A DNA stretch of 64,000 nt, from NCBI GenBank assembly GCA_965216565.1, contig OZ244170.1:1280001-1344000 (forward strand), read 5' to 3'. The notes under the pieces are model-generated. The model had not been told where the DNA came from, did not search any database, and worked only from the letters and a program-made list of their open reading frames with translations. Below are positions 1 to 7,503 of this stretch, one piece after another. Positions within the stretch are counted from its first letter, which is position 1, and each line of letters begins with the position of its first letter. Source of the stretch: Bythopirellula sp. (GTDB taxonomy: Bacteria; Planctomycetota; Planctomycetia; Pirellulales; Lacipirellulaceae). The position numbers were made by a program, and so were the translations under genes.

Positions 1-1
1 C

Positions 2-622
2 AAGGAAATTGCTTCCCTTCACGATCGACTTAAGGTCCCCCATCGAAAGGAATTGGGACTGCGCGTTACCTCAGACGCCAGTATGGATCTGGTAACGAAA
101 GTGCTTTGTGGGCTGGTTAACAAACGCCTAGTAGCTCACTTCAATCGAGCCGGCGTACGATCATTGGGAATTTGTGGCGCCGATCAAGGAGTGATGCATG
201 CAGAATTCCTCAACCAGGCTCAGCTAGGCCGGGTTGGTGGGCCACCTACTGTTGAGGTAGATGAGATACAATCGCTACTCTTGACGACTCAGGTTTTAGT
301 GGTCTCTCCCGTGTGCCTCGGGCCAGATGGTGCGTTGCTGAATGTCAATGCCGATCTGGTGGCTCAATCGATGGCAGTCGCTCTCAATACCGAATGCCTC
401 GATTTTGTTACCGACGTCGATGGTGTGCAAACGGCGGAAGGCACAGCGCGATCGTTAGTTCCCGATCAAATCGAGGAGATGATTCAAAACTCGATTGTTG
501 AAGGCGGGATGATTCCCAAGCTACAAGCAAGTATTGCCGCACTCGGTGGCGGTGTATCCAAGGTCCGAGTAGGAAACTTGGAGAGCCTAAGCCAAGGGTT
601 GGCAACGGAGGTGGCGGCTTGA
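2..622 (+). CDS. argB: Acetylglutamate kinase family protein (5' end outside window)
   Basis: Frame open from base 2 (KEIASLH...). Motifs GLRVT, NVNADLVA, VTDVDGV and GGMIPK are typical of ArgB/amino-acid kinases. Confidence 0.85.
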   Translation, partial: KEIASLHDRLKVPHRKELGLRVTSDASMDLVTKVLCGLVNKRLVAHFNRAGVRSLGICGADQGVMHAEFLNQAQLGRVGGPPTVEVDEIQSLLLTTQVLVVSPVCLGPDGALLNVNADLVAQSMAVALNTECLDFVTDVDGVQTAEGTARSLVPDQIEEMIQNSIVEGGMIPKLQASIAALGGGVSKVRVGNLESLSQGLATEVAA

Positions 623-1188
623 AAACTGTAGATTCCAACATCTGCTCTAAGATGATATCGCACAACAGCAGGGTCTTTGAAAATCAAGTAGCTAGTAGCA
701 GTTCCGATGAAACTGCAGCAGTTGACTATGAACTTCAAGCCGCCGAGTTTCAGGATATTCAGTCGCTAATCCAATTATCGAGCGTCAATGTTCCTCACTT
801 GGCATTAACCACCGTCTGGGGAATTCCTTGGACTTGGAAACATTACACCGTCGCCAAGGACCAATCAGGCAGGCTGCTGGGGGCTGGATCTCTCCTGCCG
901 CTCGATAATTGTTTGGCTGAGATTCGCGGCTTGGTGGTCGAAAAGTGTCACCGTGATGCCGGGATAGCCTCCAAAATAGTTGAACACATGCTGAGACGAG
1001 CCCGCGTGCTGGAAATGAACGCAGTATGCGTGACACGCAAGCCGAGCTTCTTCCGTAAGTTTGGCTTTCAAGAAACGAATCCCGCTTGGCTCGAAATTCA
1101 ACAGCACCCCAAGCTGAGACGTGGCATTCTCGAAGATTCAGTTTCCCAACCTTTGGCACCACGCATTGCGATGGCCCTAGCCGGGTAG
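619..1188 (+). CDS. GNAT N-acetyltransferase, short ArgA-like (amino-acid acetyltransferase)
   Basis: LAEIRGLVV..HRDAGIASKIV acetyl-CoA motif and FFRKFGF. Overlaps the argB stop codon; start is uncertain. Confidence 0.7.
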   Translation: MKTVDSNICSKMISHNSRVFENQVASSSSDETAAVDYELQAAEFQDIQSLIQLSSVNVPHLALTTVWGIPWTWKHYTVAKDQSGRLLGAGSLLPLDNCLAEIRGLVVEKCHRDAGIASKIVEHMLRRARVLEMNAVCVTRKPSFFRKFGFQETNPAWLEIQQHPKLRRGILEDSVSQPLAPRIAMALAG

Positions 1189-1286
1189 CTGAAAGGCTTA
1201 CTATTGCAAAGCCAATCATGAAGTCATCACCAGCTAAACAGCCGATTAACAATAAGAACCATTCTTATGGGAGAGAAGGAATAAAT

Positions 1287-1853
1287 ATGAGTACAGCCAC
1301 GATGACAACCACTCGCCGACGGAAGCGTCGAACGAAAGAACAGTTTAAAGTCGTCCCAGCTCGCTGGGAGGATATGAAAAAAGTGGCCAACTTCCTGCGG
1401 TCGACTGCGCACTGGTATCAACCTATCGTCGAGCAGAAAGATATGTCGGAGCACGCAGTCGACAACCAATGGGCTGCAAAAAACTTCCAGCGGAGAGATT
1501 TTTATCTGGGTGTTGTAGAAGGTGAAGCAATCGGGACTATTTCACTGCAATACTTTAACAAGATGGCTTACGTTGGATATATCTATCTTGATGCAGAACA
1601 TGTCGGAAATGGTTATGGTCAGAAACTCATGAAATTCGCTGAGTCTAAAGCACAAAGCAAAGGCATGAAGGGACTCGCACTCTTGGCACATCCCGAGGCC
1701 ACTTGGGCCAAACGTGCTTACTTAAAGTATGGTTTCGAGATCGTGGCTTCCGACAAGGCAGACGTGCTAGCCTGGCAAAACGGCGTCCTGAAACCTTACT
1801 ACGAAGAGGACTTCGAACTCTACCACTTCGATTTCCCCACTGGCCAACGATAG
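1287..1853 (+). CDS. GNAT family N-acetyltransferase
   Basis: YIYLDAEHVGNGYGQKLM motif A and AYLKYGF. ATG at 1287 follows AAGGA; the ORF-track extension to 1086 overlaps the previous gene. Confidence 0.85.
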   Translation: MSTATMTTTRRRKRRTKEQFKVVPARWEDMKKVANFLRSTAHWYQPIVEQKDMSEHAVDNQWAAKNFQRRDFYLGVVEGEAIGTISLQYFNKMAYVGYIYLDAEHVGNGYGQKLMKFAESKAQSKGMKGLALLAHPEATWAKRAYLKYGFEIVASDKADVLAWQNGVLKPYYEEDFELYHFDFPTGQR

Positions 1854-1985
1854 CCGAACGGCTTCTACGTTGATCCTCTAGACTGCGGGAATGCAGTTGT
1901 ACTAACTCACCTCGGCTCGACGGGTCCGATTCTTTAATGGCCACCGTCGGGTTGTGTCATCCAATAACCACACGAGGCAATCCTG

Positions 1986-3245
1986 ATGTCGAATAACAAA
2001 CAAAATTTGAAAGGAAAAGTTGCTTTACTTGGCTATTGCGTACCAGCCATGGAAGCTTTGGATAAACTTGGACGCCCCTTCGTTTCGGTCGTGCCCCCCG
2101 ACTTCGAGTCTACGATGGAAGAGGCCGATCTCCCTTACGTCTTATGGGAATTCGGCACTGTCAACGAAAAGTCGATGAGCTTAGCGAAAACGCTAGGCGA
2201 TATGGGCGTGACGGTCGCGGTCCCACTCTTCGAAGAAACCGTAGAATGGGCCGGAGCACTGAATGGGCACTTCCGCGAAGATCGTCGACTCTTCACCAAG
2301 TATCTTTTGTTCCGCGACAAAGCGATGATGAAACGCAGGGCTCAAATGAGTGGTATCCGCGTTGGAGTTTTCGAAGAGGCAGAAAGCAAGGAAGACGTAC
2401 ACAGATTCTTCAAACGCGTGAACAAGGCACTCGCCAAAATCGACGGAGATGTTGAAGACCCTGTACATCTCAAACCGTTAGCTGCTGCTGGATGTGTGGG
2501 GCACTGCTTCATACGCTCCGTGGAGGACATCGAAAAACTCACGCACGAAAATTTTCCATGTCTACTTGAAACACATTTGGATGGCCAGGAGTTCTCCTGC
2601 GAGGTCTTCATCCATAACAGGAAAATCCGGTTTCTAAACATCAACGAGTATGTACACTTGGGGCATTCCAACTTTAGTCCTGCCTCGCCAAAACTCGACG
2701 CGTCTCGTGAACTAATCGAAAAAGCAGTTTATGAATTAATCGAGGCCTTCGACATCCAGTACGGAATGATTCATCCAGAGTTTTTCATCACGCCCGACGG
2801 CAAGATCAACTTTGGCGAGGTCGCAGCACGCGTGCCGGGTGGTCACATTTTTGAGTTAATACACAAAGCCTATGGATTCGATCCTTTTGCAGGATTCGTC
2901 TTGTGTGCAGATCCAGAAACATCGGAAGAAGAACTCAACGACTTCTTCCCAGACCCCGCTGACCATCAAGGCTACTCAGGTTGTTTGATGGTTTATCCCA
3001 AGCAGAAGGTCGTCACACGGGTCGCCCTGCCTGAGAAGCTACTGGCTGAGCCTTACTACGAGAAACACAATCTGTTCCAGCCTGTGAATGCAAAAGTTGC
3101 TGAACGGGCCGGGTTCGGCGATCACTACGGGACGGTCTACTTCCAAGGCGATGACGCCGAAGAAATGACCCGCCTGCTGCTCGACTACGAACAAGCAGAA
3201 TTCTACACCAATGACGAAGCTCGCGTTCCCGTGGAACAGGCGTAA
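1986..3245 (+). CDS. ATP-grasp carboxylate-amine ligase
   Basis: RDKAMMKR, LKP, E-x-H-L-D-G-x-E-F-S-x-E and HPEFF...FGEVAARVPGG motifs; GAGG upstream of the start. Confidence 0.85.
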   Translation: MSNNKQNLKGKVALLGYCVPAMEALDKLGRPFVSVVPPDFESTMEEADLPYVLWEFGTVNEKSMSLAKTLGDMGVTVAVPLFEETVEWAGALNGHFREDRRLFTKYLLFRDKAMMKRRAQMSGIRVGVFEEAESKEDVHRFFKRVNKALAKIDGDVEDPVHLKPLAAAGCVGHCFIRSVEDIEKLTHENFPCLLETHLDGQEFSCEVFIHNRKIRFLNINEYVHLGHSNFSPASPKLDASRELIEKAVYELIEAFDIQYGMIHPEFFITPDGKINFGEVAARVPGGHIFELIHKAYGFDPFAGFVLCADPETSEEELNDFFPDPADHQGYSGCLMVYPKQKVVTRVALPEKLLAEPYYEKHNLFQPVNAKVAERAGFGDHYGTVYFQGDDAEEMTRLLLDYEQAEFYTNDEARVPVEQA

Positions 3246-3258
3246 TCGAGGAGAATCC

Positions 3259-5256
3259 ATGCCAACGACAGAACTAGCAGGAGCCAAAATCGACGTCGTC
3301 CAACGGCTTGCCGCAAAGCTCGATACTGCCCTGGAAGAACTTACCGCTGCCAAGCCGTACGCAAAGAGTACGTATCAAACCAATGTGTTTCAAATTGCAG
3401 AGACGCTGATGGGTTCCGACGAAGGGCACAAAGCGCTACTCGCACGAGCACATCAGTTCGACCAAGCTGGAGTTTTCGAGGGTGGCCCCTGGGAAGACCC
3501 TACCAAGCTACAACCACCACTGGTTGCTGGTAGTTTGAAAGCCGCTGGAGTCTATCCTGTGGTCGAAACGCTCAGTGAACTGCGGATGCTTGCTATTGCT
3601 CGAGGTAACGGAAACGAACAGTCGAAAGTCTCTCAGCAAGAGGCAACTGACTTTCTCAACGAAGTGATGGCTCTGAATCTGGAATTCATTTTTCCGGCGG
3701 ATACAGAAGAGGAGCGGATCATGGGGGGGCCTCATCGCGACTCGAATCTTCGTCTCTTTGCGCTCATCGCGGAAGAATTGGGCATGGGCTCGCTGTTGGG
3801 CGATGTGGTCACGGAAATCGAACAGATCTGTGCTCAGCGTCCCATCATGACACGACGCGTGCGACGAATGATCGAAATGGCGTCTCGTATTCCCGACGAG
3901 CAATCGAGCCCCGAGATTTCCCAACGTCTGCAAGGATTTACTAAGGCGGTCAATCATCCCAGCCCCCTCAGTCGCGAGCATCCTGAACTCACCGCTTACA
4001 GAAAAGTTGTGCAAGAGTGTGATTACGCCACACTCGAGTCCGAAGCACGTGCGTTTGCGGTGACGTTGACACTCACGGGTCTCACCTCGCCACACCATGC
4101 AGTCCTGCTGCGATGCCTTCGAGCAAAAGAACCCGACTTGATTGGAACAGCGCTCGCGCTGAATGACTTGGGCGAAGCGGAGCTAGGACAGAATCTGGAA
4201 TTCGTCCAGCAGTTGATTCGCATTTGCATTCTGCCCGCGACGGCACAGAGCATCTACGGCTTCGCCAGAATCCTGGAACTGGGGTTATTATCGCGACAGG
4301 AAGTGTCGGCAGGCTTGCGACGCCTTATCGACCTGGATCTTCAATCGGATGTTCGGCGAAATCTGTTGGCTCAGCGACAGGTGCGTGACGGGGTAACGGC
4401 CAATGTTCTTTTGCTAGCCGGAGTCATTAGTGTTTTGGGACAGCCGTTAGGAGTGGGACAAGGAAAAAACCCCACCTGCCAATCAGCCCGTGCAATAAGC
4501 CTCTGGGCGCAACATGCGCACGGTTATCTTTTGGAGCTACTTGTATCAGCCGCTCGCGACGGCGTCATCGAAGTGGATTTCGAAGGAGAAGCTCTCCGCA
4601 CCGATAATCTAAGCGGAGGCGTGGCAACCCAAATAGACTTCGATCTCGATCCGGTATCGATCGTGCTCGTGCCCCATCTCGATGTTCTTTACTCGGCAAT
4701 GATGAAACGCGTTTCGCTTCGTCAAGAAGACGGGCATAAGTGGGTCAATCCCGCGTTCTACGGACGCTGGGTGTCCAGCGGTTTCGCAACGGTGTTTTCA
4801 GCCCTAAATCAAAAAGTCATCTCAGATTACGATGATTTTATTCGGAGATTCTATGCGACACACCATCCCGCGTACAACGAGGGGCATGCCATGATGTACC
4901 CCAGTCCGGTGGGCATATTGGTAACGAATGGTCACGGTGAGTATCTGGGGCCACATGCAATTTCTCTGCAACGCGTCTCGCAAGACAACGATGGCAAACT
5001 TCGTGCCTACTTTTACAATCCTAATAACGAGGGACGTCAGAATTGGGGGCGAGGGGTCGAACCAACCATCAACAGCCATGGTGAGCTAGAGGGTGAATCC
5101 TCACTGCCATTCCATGAATTCGCTACAAGGCTTTACGCGTTTCACTACAACCCGTACGAGGAGGGAGACGCGTACGCAGTACCAGCAGAAGAGATCCAAG
5201 AAATTGAGGAAGCCGCGAAAGCGACCTGGGGCAAAGCTTTCACGTGGTTGAGTTAA
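3259..5256 (+). CDS. Large uncharacterised protein with putative papain/calpain-like cysteine peptidase C-terminal domain
   Basis: ATG 3259 follows GAGGAG. GQGKNPTCQSA, PHAISL and YFYNPN have clan-CA-like spacing. Confidence 0.7.
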   Translation: MPTTELAGAKIDVVQRLAAKLDTALEELTAAKPYAKSTYQTNVFQIAETLMGSDEGHKALLARAHQFDQAGVFEGGPWEDPTKLQPPLVAGSLKAAGVYPVVETLSELRMLAIARGNGNEQSKVSQQEATDFLNEVMALNLEFIFPADTEEERIMGGPHRDSNLRLFALIAEELGMGSLLGDVVTEIEQICAQRPIMTRRVRRMIEMASRIPDEQSSPEISQRLQGFTKAVNHPSPLSREHPELTAYRKVVQECDYATLESEARAFAVTLTLTGLTSPHHAVLLRCLRAKEPDLIGTALALNDLGEAELGQNLEFVQQLIRICILPATAQSIYGFARILELGLLSRQEVSAGLRRLIDLDLQSDVRRNLLAQRQVRDGVTANVLLLAGVISVLGQPLGVGQGKNPTCQSARAISLWAQHAHGYLLELLVSAARDGVIEVDFEGEALRTDNLSGGVATQIDFDLDPVSIVLVPHLDVLYSAMMKRVSLRQEDGHKWVNPAFYGRWVSSGFATVFSALNQKVISDYDDFIRRFYATHHPAYNEGHAMMYPSPVGILVTNGHGEYLGPHAISLQRVSQDNDGKLRAYFYNPNNEGRQNWGRGVEPTINSHGELEGESSLPFHEFATRLYAFHYNPYEEGDAYAVPAEEIQEIEEAAKATWGKAFTWLS

Positions 5257-5292
5257 TTCAATCGTATTCAGAGCTTGTCCCACAACCGAAAA

Positions 5293-5332
5293 CCCCCTCC
5301 CCTAACCCCTCCCCCGCAGACGGAGGAGAGGG
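5293..5332. repeat. REP-like extragenic palindrome (CCCTCCCCTAACCCCTCCCC...GGAGGAGAGGG)
   Basis: Intergenic C-rich arm followed by a G-rich complementary arm. Only one clear copy in the window. Confidence 0.5.
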
Positions 5333-5364
5333 ATTTGGGATAGACACCGGTACACACGACTATC

Positions 5365-6543
5365 ATGAGTTTTGCTTTACCAACTCGACTGAAGGCAATC
5401 GAACCTTCGCAGATTCGTGAAAACATGCGAATCGCCCAAGAGGTTGGGGCGATCAACCTTGCGCAAGGAAGACCCGACTTTAGCACCGCTACGGAAATCA
5501 CGCAGGCCGCGATCGCAGCAATTAAGGCGGGGCACAATCAATACTCAGTGACGTGGGGAATTGAGGAACTTCGGCAAGCGGTTGTCGCTATGTTGACTCG
5601 TCGATTTGCCCTACAGTTCGATCCCGACACAGAATTGACCATCACTTGCGGAGTCACCGAAGCGATCGTAGCTGCCATGCAGGCTCTCGTTGAACCAGGC
5701 GACGAGGTTATCGTCCTGGAGCCTGCCCACGAGAATTACGTCCCTGCGATTCGGTTCGCCGGGGGTGTCCCGAAGTTCGTCACATTGCGACCTCCACAAT
5801 TTGATCTCGATTTGGAGGAACTAAAACAGACGATCAGCTCCAAGACCCGCGCACTAATTCTTAACACTCCGCACAACCCAAGCGGACGAGTCTTTACGGA
5901 AGAAGAGCTAACCGCGATTCTCAGCTTAACAACGGAGCACGGCATCTACGTCGTCACCGATGAGATTTACGATCAGGTGCTCTATCCACCGCATAAACAT
6001 GTTGCCGTAGCAACCGCTGCGCCTGAGCCGAAGATGATAATCACGACAGGTGGCATCTCCAAAACGTATGCCACGACTGGGTGGCGGCTAGGCTACGTTG
6101 CCGCAGAGCCAGAGGTTTCCAGCGCGATTCGAACCGTGCATGACTACTTAACCATTTGTGCACCGACACCTTTCCAATATGCGGCTTTGGCCGCATATCA
6201 GCTACCAGAAAGCTACTATGTGCAGCTTCGCGAAGATTTTTTAGCCCGCCGTAATTGTATGATGGAAGTTTTAGAGCAGAGCGGCTTCAAACCCTATCAA
6301 CCGCAGGGTGCCTACTATCTGATGGCCAGCTTCGACGCGTGGAAGTTCAGCGGCACGTCGCAAGAATTCTCCCGGCAACTGATCACCGAGGCAGGCGTTG
6401 CGGTCGTGCCGGGTACGGCTTTTTACTACCAAGACAAAGAACTTGGCAACAAGCTCGTTCGTTTTGCATTCGCGAAAAATCTCTCTGTACTCGAGCAAGC
6501 AGGGCAACAACTGGCCCTTCGCCAAAAAGAACTTGGATGTTGA
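5365..6543 (+). CDS. PLP-dependent aminotransferase class I/II (YbdL/kynurenine-aminotransferase-like)
   Basis: INLAQGRPDF, NTPHNPSG, VTDEIY, ISKTYATTGWRLG (PLP Lys), VRFAF. Confidence 0.9.
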   Translation: MSFALPTRLKAIEPSQIRENMRIAQEVGAINLAQGRPDFSTATEITQAAIAAIKAGHNQYSVTWGIEELRQAVVAMLTRRFALQFDPDTELTITCGVTEAIVAAMQALVEPGDEVIVLEPAHENYVPAIRFAGGVPKFVTLRPPQFDLDLEELKQTISSKTRALILNTPHNPSGRVFTEEELTAILSLTTEHGIYVVTDEIYDQVLYPPHKHVAVATAAPEPKMIITTGGISKTYATTGWRLGYVAAEPEVSSAIRTVHDYLTICAPTPFQYAALAAYQLPESYYVQLREDFLARRNCMMEVLEQSGFKPYQPQGAYYLMASFDAWKFSGTSQEFSRQLITEAGVAVVPGTAFYYQDKELGNKLVRFAFAKNLSVLEQAGQQLALRQKELGC

Positions 6544-6772
6544 AACTATCGACTTCTCGAGTTTTGGTTAACAACACTCGCAGGCATTCTATCAAGGAAG
6601 CCTTGCTCTGCTGGTAAAGAGCATGGTTAGAAATCGGGCCGAGGTATCGAAGCAAGCCCAGAAAGTGTTTGAACTTTCACAACCACAACGTAATAAGTGG
6701 TCTAACGCAAGCTGCTCGATATCGTCTGTCTGAGTTTCTTGTTAGACGACGGAGACCTAGTGCCCACAATAA

Positions 6773-6807
6773 GAGAGCCCTTCGATATTCTCGCCGAAGG
6801 GCCTTCT
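6773..6807 (-). terminator. Hairpin immediately 3' of tRNA-Pro
   Basis: GCCCTTCG-N10-CGAAGGGC inverted repeat just downstream of the tRNA. Confidence 0.55.
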
Positions 6808-6818
6808 GTCCCGTCAAG

Positions 6819-6892
6819 TCGGGCCGACAGGATTTGAACCTGCGACCTTTTGACCCCCAGTCAAACGCGCTACCAGACTGCGCCACGGCCCG
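6819..6892 (-). tRNA. tRNA-Pro(GGG)
   Basis: Reverse complement CGGGCCGTGGCGCAGTCTGGTAGCGCGTTTGACTGGGGGTCAAAAGGTCGCAGGTTCAAATCCTGTCGGCCCGA folds as a cloverleaf with anticodon GGG and a GTTCAAATC T-loop. CCA is not encoded. Confidence 0.97.
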
Positions 6893-7037
6893 TACAAGAT
6901 GCTGTAGTATATTGAGTTTCAGGGAGGGTTCCAAGCCCCTAATGTGCGGCGTAGAGAGGCTCTCAATAGTGTCACCCTTCATGCTGCATGGATGAGAGAT
7001 GATCTTGCGGCTCGCACACACTGTGAGAATGATATTT

Positions 7038-7223
7038 CTAACTGTCTCTTGTCTGGTATGCGGATCGATGGGCGGAGGGGGGCATCTTCTTAATCGTTCG
7101 AAATGTGCGATTGAAGTGCGGGAGGTTGCTAAAGCCATTCGAAAACGCGATGTCCGTGATCTTGTCGTCGATGTCAGTAAGTTGACGACGGGCCGCGGCG
7201 AATCGGATAGAGCTGGCAGTGAT
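7038..7223 (-). pseudogene. Remnant of AraC-family regulator (C-terminal HTH only)
   Basis: Start-less minus frame reads RFAAARRQLTDIDDKITDIAFSNGFSNLPHFNRTFRTIKKMPPSAHR, the AraC second-HTH signature. An in-frame TGA lies at 7224-7226. Confidence 0.75.
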
Positions 7224-7503
7224 TCATCTGCCAGCTTCTTATCCACCCGACGGCATCGAAAAACTAAGGCATGTCGAGGAGAACATATTCACTCATATCC
7301 GCGATGACGATGAGTCTGGTGCAGAAATTGTTTTTGAAAAAATGATGCTGGTGAAGTCGTCCGTATGAAAGAGCATAGCAATTACTGGCCAAAGATTGAT
7401 TAAACTCTTCTTTGTGCTCTCTGCAGAGTAGTCGCCTCTCGATTTAATAATTAGTTGGAACATACAGCAGCAACCCAGTTGAAGTATCCGCAGGGAAATG
7501 TGG

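Noticed and set aside
1086..1286. N-terminal extension of the second GNAT
   Set aside because: It overlaps the previous gene; a better ATG with RBS lies at 1287.
6677..7246. 189-aa minus-strand ORF
   Set aside because: It reads through the tRNA-Pro gene, and a different frame carries the AraC remnant; spurious.
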